From the NCBI RefSeq assembly GCF_009914755.1, contig NC_060928.1: a stretch of 64,000 nucleotides of DNA, one strand, 5' to 3'. The notes beneath the pieces are model-generated. The model searched no databases. It saw nothing but the letters and a program-made list of their open reading frames with translations, and was not told the origin of the DNA. The stretch is from the human T2T-CHM13v2.0 reference genome, Homo sapiens. Every line of letters begins with the position of its first letter. Within the stretch, counting starts at the first letter, position 1. The position numbers were made by a program, and so were the translations under genes. This document shows positions 41,431 through 54,289 of the stretch, one piece after another.

Positions 41431-41580
41431 ACTCTCATGAGGGTGCGTGGGTGGGAGCCAACTCAGCTCAGCTGGAGAAACTCAGAAGGCATCCCCCAAA
41501 AATTCAGGTTGTGTGTGAAGAACAGGGAGTAGGTGCAAACAAATATATCATGTCTTTTGTTCACTTCTTTAACCCCTTAC

Positions 41581-41661
41581 CTTGAGGCACTCAGTTTGGA
41601 TTATGACTCAGTTTGGAATAAAGGTAAGTGTGCTTTAACAAGGCAGATTTAACAAAACACA
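41581..41661 (-). other. Candidate 81-nt internal non-coding exon
   Basis: Acceptor ccttttccttttctctctttctcttttctcttcacag|; donor AAG|gtaagg; stop codons in all three frames. Confidence 0.5.
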
Positions 41662-41919
41662 CTGTGAAGAGAAAAGAGAAAGAGAGAAAAGGAAAAGGAT
41701 ATGGTATCTTACATAAATTCTATCAAAATTTTCAGGGAGGGTGGGCTAGGGCAGTTAATACTATTAAAAATTATTTATGTCCAAATTGGGAATCAATAAA
41801 GATAAAAAGTATAATAATTAGTTATAAGGGTAAGAACTTAGATGATTGGCTGTTTAATAGAAATGTGAAACAGGAGAGAAATGAAGAAAGTGCAGCCTAC
41901 AAGATGTGTGAAGGGTCCT

Positions 41920-42280
41920 TGGAATATTACACAGCCATAAAAAAATGAAATCATGTCCTCTGCAGCAACATGGATGCAGTTGGAGGCCATTATCCCAAGA
42001 GAATTGATGCAGGACCAGAAAACCAAATATCACATGTTCTCACTCATAAGTGGGTGCTAAGCATTGGGTATACACAGACATAAAGATGGGAGCAATGGAC
42101 ATTGAGTTTTCCAAACGGAAGGAAGGAGGGAGAAGGGCAAGGGCTGAAAAACTTCCTATTGGTTAGTACGTTCACTATTTGGGTGACGGAATCAATGGAA
42201 GCCCAAATCTCAGCCTCATGCAATATATCCTTGTAAGACACCTGCACATGTACCCCCTAAATCAAACATTTAAAATAACA
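41920..42280 (+). mobile_element. L1PB3/4-like 3' end
   Basis: gaaatcatgtcctctgcagcaacatggatgcagttggaggccattatc...gggctgaaaaacttcctattgg...gaagcccaaatctcagc. Confidence 0.92.
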
Positions 42281-43039
42281 GCAACAAAAATAATGTGGAG
42301 GGGTAAAAGTAATTTATCTCTGAATGCAGTCTGTGATCTCCCTGTACTTTTATTCTCTAAATGCCTTTGGCGCCATTTAGCTCAAGAACCATCAGTAGAG
42401 GGAAGGTACAGAGTTAGAGCTAAGAATCAAGTTTTAGTTACTTGTGAGAGTCTGATTAAACACATACGCACATATGTGTGCATACATGACAAGTTTTCAA
42501 ATTATTTAAAAATTGCAATGAATAGCCTATTTCATTTATAAATATCAATTTTAAAAATTTCAAGGGCTACTCCTCCAGTTATGCCATGCAATTAACACAA
42601 AAAGGGGCATATAAACAAATATATATATATATGTGTGTGTGTATACACATGCCAAAAAGTATAAGGATATATTATAATTATATAGAGCTATATTATTGTT
42701 ACATGTGTATATATTTATATATATGTATGCTCAGATACATTCCTTAATGTGTTAGGCCTTAAAGACTTCTCTTACCACTTGTGTTACTTGAGCCTCACAT
42801 GCTTCTGAGGAGTAAATGTTATTTTGCTGCACATTTTTTAGATATGGAAGTATTTGTAAAGAGATAATGTCACTTGTCTAAAGAAATAGATGCCCAAAGC
42901 CAAGCAGAACCAAAATTTCAAAACTCATTGAGTCCAGTGATCCTTCTTTTACATTTAGAAGAGCACAAAGTCATCTCCTCTTATAGCAGGTAAAAGAATG
43001 ATTAAGGTGGTGTCTCATATATAATGTTGCCCTAGATTT

Positions 43040-43240
43040 ATACATCACATTTCTTCCAAAGGTTTTCAGATATTATCTCATTTGTCTTCCAACATCCATG
43101 AAAGATAAGTAGGGGAAGGTAGGTTCATCTGCATTCCTCAAGATGGATGATCTGAGTGGAGAAAGGGTGAAGTCACAGTGTGCTGCTGAGCTCACACAGC
43201 AATCAGACTGGAATTCATGCCAGCTGCTCCCATCCTTGGG
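43040..43240 (-). mobile_element. MIR
   Basis: ccaaaggttttcagatattatctcatttgtcttccaaca. Confidence 0.65.
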
Positions 43241-43789
43241 CTTGTTCCATCGATTTGGGAAACAGAATTTTGTGAGTAGAGGTAGCAGAAGATGGGAGAG
43301 TGAGGGTGGGAAGATTCTAGAAAAGCAATATAGCTTTGTTACTTCATTATTTTCCTTTCTAACATCTCTCTCTGGTATTTCTGTGCTTGGGAATATGAGA
43401 AAACAGCAACAAAATCTTCAATAGGACTTCTCCTTTTGCTTCAAAATGGTGATTAATGTGTAATGCTAAGAACAGAAAGAATAAAAGTACCCCATATTCT
43501 AAAGAGAACTGCAAACAATAGGGTCCCTCATCTTCAGAGCTTTCTAAGACAGCTGAAGTAGAATTAATGTCATTCTAGCCTCCTGACTTTCCTTACTTGT
43601 TTATTTAAAAAAAAATGAGAAAGAAGACTTTGAAGAGGTCATCAAAAGCCATAGACACTTGCAATAGACTCTTGGCCTCACGAAAAGTAAAACCTACCCT
43701 TTGTCTAACACGCTAATTAAGAGGGATCTAAGAGAATCCCTAATAGATATTGGGGTTCTAGCATTTCAGTGATTTCCATTTGTGCAGGG

Positions 43790-44598
43790 TATTTTTTATC
43801 TTCCCTGTGTCCATCTAAGCCAAGGGAAAGCAAATTTTAAAAAGACAAAAGACAAAGGAAGGTGATTTCAGTATTGCAACTTGTACTTCCAGTACTTGGT
43901 TCTCAAAGTTAAGTGGGCATCTTGGAAGAAAGATGGATGGATCCCACAGAAAAGGACTACTCACCAGGCGAGGAGCCTCAAGTAGTAAGAGGCACACAAT
44001 CCATGTGTGCCAACAGGATCAGATTCAGGAGACTGCAGAAGGAAAGTCCCCCAACAGAGCCCTCCAACAAACTCATGTGTGCTCCCCAAGAGAGAATCAG
44101 CTATGCAACTAGTGAGCCCGGGAGGCAGCAGCAATCAACAAAGAAAATTACAACAGCACCAGTCATGCAAGGGACAACTAACTGTACCTTTTCCCTTTTC
44201 TTTCTCCCCACCTCGCCACACAAGAAAATGGAGAGAAAGAACATATTTAAAGGTCAGCCAACCAGTCCTACCCTAGGCTCCCAAGTGAGGTAAGAATAGG
44301 AGGAGTAGACAAAAAGTCATACAACTTCCCCATGGATCAAGGGACCCCAAGTCTGATCCACGGCATTGGAAAGGAAAGTTTTATAAAAGACATGAAATTA
44401 GAGTTTTCAACTGGGCAGAATTTGAGTAATGAAAAATGCCTTGAAAGTAATGGAATATGCCTAGGATCTTGTTAAGAGATCTCCTAGTCAGCTGGGAGGA
44501 GGAATTTGACATAAACAATAGGAGAGCAAGGGCTTGTAAAAAATAAAAGCATTTCATGTTTGATCCCCACTGAGCTAAGCCTTCTCAATAATCTAGAT
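43790..44598 (+). mobile_element. Ancient LTR (LTR78-like)
   Basis: Ends aataaaagcatttcatgtttgatccccactgagctaag...tcaataatctagata, resembling the recalled LTR78 terminus; start uncertain. Confidence 0.5.
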
Positions 44599-45203
44599 AA
44601 ATGCAGATGCAAAAATCAACTGAGATCACGAAGAAGGAATGGTGAGCTTTAGCAGTGAAAGAAGAATATTGTTTGTGCTTCTCCACAGAAATGATTTACT
44701 GAAATAAAAACAACTCATAAGTAATAGGTGGAATACAAAGAAGTGAACATTTGCAGCCCTTTCAGCAGTATTTAAGCTTTTAGATTCCTTCTTTTACACT
44801 CAGATGTGGGCAATGCACATTGAGGAATCTAGAGAGGTTTACACTTGACACTACAAGGAACATTTATTTCAGACATGTGGCTACATCAATTAAATGCGAT
44901 GTGTATTCACAACATTAGTCACTCCACACAGCAGCTCATTAGAATGCATGTGCCTTGCAAAAGCAGCCAAGATTCAGTGAGGCTTAAAACTACAAAGCAT
45001 CACTATAGATCACATGCCACTATTTTTAACAAATATTAAATTTTTACAATTTTTTTTTCTCCAAATTATTGATGCCAGTCAAAATAACCAATTTTTTTCC
45101 CTCACTTACTCAGGGTAACTTTGATTTGATCTTCCATCCTGATTATACAAATTGATCTTATAATTACCTTAATTCAATAATAATTTTAAAAAGCGTTTTC
45201 TCA

Positions 45204-45628
45204 AAACGAAATGGTGGTAAAGTGTTGGGGCAGCAACAATTTTTGGGGGTGGTATCATATCTCCTGTGACCTGCACATGTATGTCCAGATCACCTGAAGC
45301 AACTGAAGATCCACAAAAGAAGTGAAAATAGCCTTAACTGATGACATTCCACCATTGTAATTTGTTTCTGCCCCACCCTAACTGATCAATGTACTTTGTA
45401 ATCTCCCTCACCATTAAGAAGGTTCTTTGTAATTCTCCCCACACTTCAGAATGTACTTTGTGAGATCCACCCCCTGCCTGCAAAACATTGCTTCTAACTC
45501 CACCGCCTATCCCAAAACCTATAAGAACTAATGATAATCCACCACCCTTTGCTGACTCCTTTTTCGGACTCAGCCGGCCTGCACCCAGGTGAAATAAACA
45601 GCCTTGTTGCTCACAAAAAAAAAAAAAA
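45204..45628 (+). mobile_element. Processed HERV-H 3' retrocopy: inverted internal piece + LTR7(B-like) U3-R + poly(A)
   Basis: LTR7 text 45254-45614, AATAAA 45593, A14 tail, no U5; TSD aaaaag(c/t)gttttctca at 45188-45203 and 45624-45639. Confidence 0.9.
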
Positions 45629-46127
45629 GTGTTTTCTCACATTAAAAAATGACAACCATAAATTTTGCATAAAATATTAAAGAATAAATGGCTCTAATAA
45701 AATATTATTAGAGGCAGCTATTTCTAAATTAAAAGACGCATTGAGTTTTAGCATAAGAATAACTAAGGTAAATCACATAAATTAAAAAGAAGAAATAAAG
45801 TGAAACATGATTATATAATGACTATTTTAGTTTACGTAGGCAAATCGTCACCAATAATCTATGTGCAGCTTAACATCATCATGCATGGTGCCTGATGGAA
45901 TAAAAATAGGAGGATTCAGTGTGAATTTGAGTTCAACTGAACAAAGATTTTCTTACAGCATCTTACAGGGATACAATGTGTTGGGGATTGCTCTAGACCC
46001 AGAAATGCAAAAATAAATAAGACATAGTCAATAAGAAAGAAAGAGTGAAAGTTTGTCAGTATCTCTGTCAGCAAAATGCTATGTAACAAACCAATATATT
46101 CACTGGCTAAAAGCAAGTCCTATTTGC

Positions 46128-46440
46128 TGTATCAGTCAGGGCCTGAAGAGAAACAGATGGTGAACTCAAAATGGTTTAGCTGAAGAGGATTAAAGGAAAG
46201 GACCATTTATAGAGCCATAGGAAGGTCAAAGGATGCAAGAAGTGCTAGTGAAACACCAAACAATGTACCCAAAGAATGTGATCAGTACTGCTCACCCCTA
46301 CTGGGAAGGGTTAAGGGGAAGAACCATATGTACTAAAAACTTGCTGAGAGCTGAAGCCAGAAGTAGGGCTGCAGGACCAGACAGGAACTGTGGCAGGAGA
46401 GGAAAGCAGCCAATCCCAGAACCTCAGCAGGGGTGGGGGC
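46128..46440 (-). mobile_element. LTR33-like ERVL LTR fragment
   Basis: tgtatcagtcaggg...gaaacagatggtgaactcaaa is the reverse of the LTR33-type terminus seen at 18563. Confidence 0.72.
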
Positions 46441-46467
46441 TATAAATAGTGTGTATGTATACATGTA

Positions 46468-46470
<3 letters not shown>

Positions 46471-46514
<44 letters not shown>
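46471..46514. repeat. (TG)22 microsatellite
   Basis: Perfect dinucleotide run. Confidence 0.98.
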
Positions 46515-46517
<3 letters not shown>

Positions 46518-46699
46518 TTGCCAGTCATTAGAGAAAATCTAATTTGACTTCGTTATGTTCTTTTTACCTGTTAGATGAAGTAGGTTAAAGATGATACAGT
46601 AAACTTTTTTAGGACACAATTCCCTAGACTTCCCCCTAATTACCTACCTCAGCTTTCACACACAGTTACTAACAAATATTGTTAGATGATGTACAGTAG

Positions 46700-46960
46700 T
46701 AATAAAAACAATTACATATGGAACTCTTAGTATGGCATGGACTCTACTAAGGGCTGATACTTCTTTATTAATATGTTTTACTATCAGTCTGTCTAGAGGG
46801 TGCTATTCCTGTCTCCATTTCACGAAGAGGAAACTGAAGCTTTAGTAATGTTAATGAATTTGCCCAGGGTCACAGGTTTAGTAGCTCTCAGTGCCAAGAC
46901 TCAAATCTAGATCTGATAGTCACGAAGGTTTGTGTTCTCAACATTATGCTCTATTGTCCG
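46700..46960 (-). mobile_element. MIR
   Basis: ccatttcacgaagaggaaactgaagc...tttgcccagggtcacag. Confidence 0.82.
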
Positions 46961-47819
46961 CAATTCATGCATCCATAATACATCTTCCCCAGTCACACAA
47001 GGGATGCCAGACTCAAAGTTTGAGAATTGCGCCAGGTTCATAGTTCTGACACTAGAATAAGGTTAGAGATCTACCTCTGCTATGCAATTGTATGCAGTTT
47101 ATTTATTTGGCCAGATTCTAATATGCTCCCTGGGCTGGAAGGATTCTGGTTTTCCTTATGAATTTAATCTTGGGGCAAAGGCAATAAACCATGGGTATAG
47201 AAAACAGGAAGTTGGAAATATTACATGCCAAACTTTTGAATGAACAAATGTGCCTATCACCCAGTGTATTTCCTGTCCCTCCGTATTAAGAAACACAAAC
47301 ATCCAAAAGGCTCACCGTTGCCTGAAGTAACTTTTCTACTAAGCCATGCTGCCTTTGCAACCGTGTAAGCTCTCCAAGATCAAATAATAGGAATAATTTA
47401 CAAATATAAAATAACTCATTAAAATAAAGGCCACTGCCTGAGCTACTGACATTAAAATAGCAGATTCTTTTCTTATATGTCTTCAAACTAACCTAGTAAA
47501 ATAAAGTTATCATTATAATAATAAATGGTTTGCCATCAAGTGATGATTCTTCTCTGTATCTATAGTTCCAAACATTGAGTTTAATTCTGTATTTTTTTAA
47601 AAAAATAGTATCACAATGAAAAATTCAGTGTCTCTAAAACCAAATAATAATTTCATTTTCTTCCAATATTCAACTTTTTGGGCAATGGCATCATTACTCC
47701 CTCAGTCATTAAATATTAATAATAATGTCTTTTTCATCATCTATATAATAACTGATATCTAAATAGCATGTAACCATTCACAAAACAAAAGTTGTGCATA
47801 TCTCTTTCATAAACCACAT

Positions 47820-48280
47820 AATTTGAGGCACACCGAAGCTACAGAGCAGTGACAGATACTACCTGTGATTCAAAGGCATATCAGTTAAGGAGGCAGGCAA
47901 GGAAATATAATGTTCAAACTACCCAGTACTCAGTGTTGAAATGTATGTTTGTATAAACTGTTATGGGATGAGAGAAAATGATGACCTAAATTAATAGGAA
48001 AAAAAAAAAATCAAAGAATGTTTCCCAAAGAGTTGCACAGGAAATAATGGGCAGGTGAGTGTAAGAAGACAATCAGTGAAAGAGAAAAGAGTGACTGCAA
48101 AAAACAGACACATGATAGGATGCCCAATCATCTAGGAAGAACAAGCCCTTGGGGGAAACACAGGATTCCAAGTGAGTGTGGGAGAGTAAAAGGAGACATT
48201 TGCCGAGTTAAGCCTGGATCACTTCAAGAAGAGACTAGTGTTTTGGGGTAAGGAGCTTGGGCATTTCTCTACACATGATG
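47820..48280 (-). mobile_element. L2 fragment, followed by a GA-rich tract at 48284-48355
   Basis: aaactgttatgggatgagaga...taaggagcttgggcattt. Confidence 0.55.
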
Positions 48281-48591
48281 GTAAGAGGAGGAGGAGGAGA
48301 AGGAGGAAGAAGAGGAACTGGGAGGAAGGGTTCAAGAAATGAGGAAAGGAAGAAAAACGTTGAAAAAGTAGGGAACATTAGAATTTGTTAGCTCTCCTAA
48401 AGTATCCAGGGGTTACACTTGTGTGGGCACACCTAGATCTGCTGCACTCTTGGGGTTTTGATTGTTCTCTTTGTTGGCAACATTCTCAGATTCTTTCCAA
48501 GAGACATCAAAATAACTTCTGAGAGCCTCACCTCATTTCTAAGAGAGGCTTCATCCCCCCATATTTCCAGGATAAAAACAAAAAATTCCTA

Positions 48592-49272
<681 letters not shown>

Positions 49273-49754
49273 TTAGATTAGGTCACATGCCTAGGGAACT
49301 TGTGATAGAACATACTGATATATCAATCGTAGACCAATTGTAGTAAACATATTGCTTGCTTAAACAGTATTGGAATGTACATGCATACTCTCATTTATAG
49401 ATCCTTTAACAGAAAACTTGATAGGGAAGTTAGATGCTCAAGGTCACAGACAGCCAATAAATACTCAAACCCAAGTCATCACCAATGTCTATCATCCACA
49501 TATAAATAAATGTCTTTGTAATAGTCAATTACCAGCCAGAGACAGTGTCCAGCAGTATGTTTTGAATACTGACCCACTCTCATGAAGCACACTAACCATT
49601 GCACAATAAATCTCTGTGGAGATTGTCTGGAGTCCTAAAACTACTTTAGATTTTCCTTTAAAATAAATCATTTTGATAAAAGTACTTAAGACTTTAGATT
49701 CCTCAAAATTTATGTCTACATAATATAATGCTATGCATTGAAGAAATGGAAAGA

Positions 49755-51850
49755 TTAAGAAGAAATAAAAGACATCCAAATTGGAAAAGAGGAAGTCAAA
49801 TTGTCCATCTTTGTAGATGACATGATATTATATATAGAAATACTAAAGACTCTACCAAAAAAAATCTTAGAACTAATAAATGAATTCAGCAAATTTACAG
49901 GATACAAAATACACAAAAATCAGTAATATTTCTATACAAAATAACTAACTGAAAAAGAAATCAAGAAAGCAATCCCATTTACAATAGCTACAACAAAAAA
50001 ACACCTAGGAATAAATTTAACCAAGGTAGTGAAAAGCCTTCATGATGAAAATTGCAAAACATCAAAGAAAAACAAGGAAGAGGACACAAACAAATGGAAA
50101 AACAACCCATGCTCATGGATCAGAACAATATTGTTAAAATAATCATATTACCCAAAGCAATCTACAGATTAAATGCAACCCCTATCAAAATACCAAGACA
50201 TTCCTCATAGAAGTAGAAAAAGATAAAACCTAAAACTCATATGAAACCACAAAAGACCCCAAATAGCCAATGCAACACTGACCAAAGAGAACAAAGCTGA
50301 AGGCACCACACTACCTGACTTCAAAATATACTACAAAGTTATAGCAACCAAAACAGCATGGTATTGGTATAAAAGACACATAGACCAATGGAACAGAAGA
50401 GAGAGCCCAGAAACAAATTCACAGCCAATTAACTTTCAACAAAGGTACCAAAAATGTACACTAGGGGAAAGGACACCCTTTTCAATAAATAGTGCTGGGA
50501 GACCCAGATATCCAAATGCAGAAGAATGAAACTAGACCCCAATCTCTCACCATATACATAAATCAACTCAAAGTAGATTACAAACTTAATCATATGACTC
50601 GAAACTATGAAACTATTAGAAGAAAACACAGGGGAAACACTTCTGGACATTGGTCTAGGAAAAGATTTTATGGCTAACACTTCAAAAGCACAGGCAGCAG
50701 AAAGAAAATTAGACAAAGGGGACTATATTAACCTAGAATGTTTTTGCATAGCAAAGGAAATAATAAACAGATTAAAGAGGCAACCTGTAGAACGGAAGAA
50801 AATATTTGCAAACTGTTTATCTGACAAGGGACTAATATCCAGAATATATAAGGAGCTCAAACAACTCAATAGCAAAACAAACAAAAAACAGAAAAGAATT
50901 TTATTAAAAAGTGGGCAAAGGATCTGAGTAGACATTTCTCAAAAGAAGACAAATTGAAACAGGTATATGAAAAAATGCTCAACATCCCTAATTATTAGAG
51001 AAATGCAAATCAAAACCACAATGAGATATCATCTCACCCCAGTGAGAATGGATATGATCAAAAATACAAAAAATAACAAATGCTGGCAAATATGTGAGGA
51101 AAGGGAGCTCTTATACACTATGGTGGGAATATAAATTAGTACAGCCATTATGGAAAACGGCATGGAAGTCTCTCAAAAAAAAAAAAACTAAAAATAGAAG
51201 TACCATACCAGCAGTCCACTACTGTTAGTATTTATCAAAACGAAAGAAAATCAGTATATCAAAGGGATACCTGCATCCACGTGTTTATCACAGCACTATT
51301 CACAGCCAAAATAATGAAACCAATGTAAGTGTTCATTAGTGGATGAATGGATAAAGAAAATGTGGTGTATATACACAATAAAATACTATTCATCTATTAA
51401 CAATAATAAAATCCTTTCATTTGCTGAAACATGGATGGAACTGGAGGTCATTACGTTAAATGAAATAAGCCAGGCAAGAAAGACAAATATCATGTGTTCT
51501 CACTCCTATATGGGTGATAAAATATAGATCTCATGGAGGTAGAGAGTAGAATAATGGTTACCAGAGTCTGGGAAGGGGAGATGGTTTATAGATACACACA
51601 TGCAGTTACATAGAAGGAATTAGTTATAGTGTTCAACAGCACAATAGTTAACAATCATTTACTGTTTATTTCAAAGTAGCTAGGAGAGATTTGAAATGCT
51701 CCCCACACAAAGAAATGATGAATGTTTGAGGTGATGAATATTGTAAATACCTTGATTTGATCATTACACATTCTATGCCTGTATCAAAATATCACATGTA
51801 CCCCATAAATAAGTACAATCATTATATGCATAGAGGAAGGTAAAAATAAA
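49755..51850 (+). mobile_element. L1MA4/5-like element: decayed ORF2 (RT region to C terminus) and 3' UTR
   Basis: ctttgtagatgacatgat (FADD-like motif mutated to FVDD); ORF 50607-50927 reads as an ORF2 fragment; 3' end cacaaagaaatgatgaatgtttgaggtgatg. Confidence 0.95.
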
Positions 51851-52754
51851 AGCAGAAAATATCATATGCATTGGGTTCTACAATGGAAAAGACAGAGAGG
51901 GTTGGGAAGCATTTCAATGATGGGCACATCTCTCTTCCCAAGGTCTTATTTCATTTCCAGTACGACTTCTGACAGCTGGTAGAAATGTGTGCCTCTGACA
52001 GAGCAGTTTCACACATTCTCAAGTGCAAAAAGTAAGATTGACGGCATCCTTTCCATTTCCATCATCAGCTGAAGTGTCTCCTCTCTAGGAAGGAGTAATT
52101 AGCTCAGTCTTCTAGTACTGGAAGTCAAACTAAAGCATCTTGACTACACTGACTCCTGCTGCCTTCCTAGTCTCACAAATAGGAATTCATATGATTAAGC
52201 ACATTTTACTTCAATCTAGGCCTTGAACCAATGACCTACCTTCTATAACTGCCTACACAATACATACATACATACACACACAGGGGCATGTAGTGCACTT
52301 CTCTTCTGGACTTGAAATACAGATGGTTTTAAACTGAATCATTTATATTCTATGCCAGAATAGAAATCAGTCTCAAATAGCTGCAGGCTCTAACAATGAC
52401 TATTTTGAAAATCCAACTCCATATTATGCAGCATAGTGGAAAGAGCTCTGATTGAAGAGCCAAGTCCTGTATGTGTCATAAATTCTATTTTTGCATCTTT
52501 ATTGAATAGATTGGTGCCCTTTCATAAAGCAGAAAGTGTTTGAGATGAATAGAGTAACAACATTTGACCTTTTAAGGTTCTGACAACCTAAGATTATAAA
52601 TCTCAAGTATTGAGAGAAAAGTGTGTTTTCGTGAAATTGTTGGAATTGCTCCCTTTGAGACTTAAAATATATAATTAAAAACACTCCTTGCAAAATATAA
52701 TAGGTATCTGAACAATAAATAATATTTACTATGTCATTTCTAGTCATCTTAGAG

Positions 52755-53000
52755 TATGATGATTAAGAAGAGCACAGACTCCGAAGCTAAATGGCCTGGT
52801 TCAAATCCAGTTCTACTTCATAGATTTGTGACTTTGGGAAAGCTGCTTCACCTCTCTGTGCCTCAATTTCCTCATCTAGAAAATGGGAATGACACTAATA
52901 GTATCTATGTCTTAGTACTCTTGTGAAGATTAAATGAGCAAATATGTAAGGCCTAGAGAAATGTGTCTGATACAGAGCAGTGTTACTAAGAGTTTGTTCC
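52755..53000 (+). mobile_element. MIR
   Basis: tgtgactttgggaaagctgcttcacctctctgtgcctcaatttcctcatctagaaaatggg. Confidence 0.9.
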
Positions 53001-53409
53001 TGTGGTAAGGATGAAGACAAGTACATATTTAAAATATAAATATAGAACATTTTAATATAAATAAAGAGTCATTTAGGAAATATTATCTTTGGCTATATTC
53101 CCAGTTGAGAGCTTTCCTGTGGTTATTGTTAAAGCAAACAAACAAAAAGCAACTTTTCCAAAGTTAATTATAGTACTGGAATATAAATAAAAATCATGTA
53201 ATAATATTAAGAACAGCAGCAATATAAACTGTCGTGCATTGAGCAGCCACGGTATGACAGGCACTCTACCAGAAGCTTAAGGAGTCAGTAATTAGACCAT
53301 ATAAAACAGGTGGCAAAAAAAAGGAAGAGAAAAGGAGTGTGAATGAACATGCAGAAAGATTGTTTTAGTTTAGGGTGTGTTTGAACACGTTTGTAGATAA
53401 AATGGGACA

Positions 53410-53600
53410 ACAATTATCTCATTTTGTCCTTACAACCACCCTACGTAATACACACGCTTATTATTCCCCATTTTATTGATAAGTAAAGTAAGGCTCTCAG
53501 TGCTTAAGTAACTGGCCCATGATTACAGAATTAATTGTGTTGAAGTCTGGATATAAACCCTGATTCAGGTGAGCCACAGTTCACATTCTTAACCACATAG
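53410..53600 (-). mobile_element. MIR
   Basis: ccttacaaccacccta...ttattccccattttattgataagtaaagtaaggctc. Confidence 0.82.
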
Positions 53601-54289
53601 AGGCCATTGTTCTAAGCAAAGATGCATTTTGTATGCTATAATTTTTTTCTTATAACTTTTCTTTCAGTCATCTAGATTTCTCAGCAAAGCTTACCCAGAT
53701 AGGTAAACATTTTGGAAGATGTAGAATAGAGAAGATTTTTTAGAAGGGGAGAAGTGGGAGAGAGCTTTCCATATTGCAAATTTTTGAGATGGTATGGGAA
53801 ACAGCATATATGCCACTATTGAATGTAACTTCGGATATATTCTTTCATTATTCTACATGAGTTTTTAAATTACATTTACTTTGGATCCTTCAGTTTTGTC
53901 AAGCTCATCAAAATCATCTTTTTATTGATATTGTTATTAATGTTAAGAAATGACTAGACAACACTAATTTCTTCATGCTTCTTAAGGAAGTCACATTACT
54001 GGTGATCTTCATATAACACAATTTACTCCCAACCAGAATCTCCAAATATGTCATGAAAAATAATTATCAATTCCGTTTTTTATTCAATGAGGTAGGTCTA
54101 AGAGAGGCATTTTATTATTTCTCATTTGGTAAATTGATCCAAGGAAGGAACTGTAATGTATATAATACTGTAGAAGAAATTTTATAATCTAAACTTAAAA
54201 AATAAAAGCAGTGACTTCTAGTAAAGGTAGGAACAATTACCAAGAGATCTCCAGCTCTCCGTTCTGGAACCCTCACTTAAACACCCTAA

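Noticed and set aside
43913-44293. 126-aa ORF
   Set aside because: Within a probable ancient LTR; no homology recognised.
47311-47385. Minus-strand donor ACG|gtgagc with protein-like 'ELTRLQRQHGLVEKLLQAT'
   Set aside because: No good acceptor, and aggcagcatggcttagtagaaaag looks like a MIR head.
50429-51527. ORFs resembling L1 ORF2 (also 644-841 and 13750-14217)
   Set aside because: Frameshifted fragments of dead L1 copies; recorded as mobile elements.
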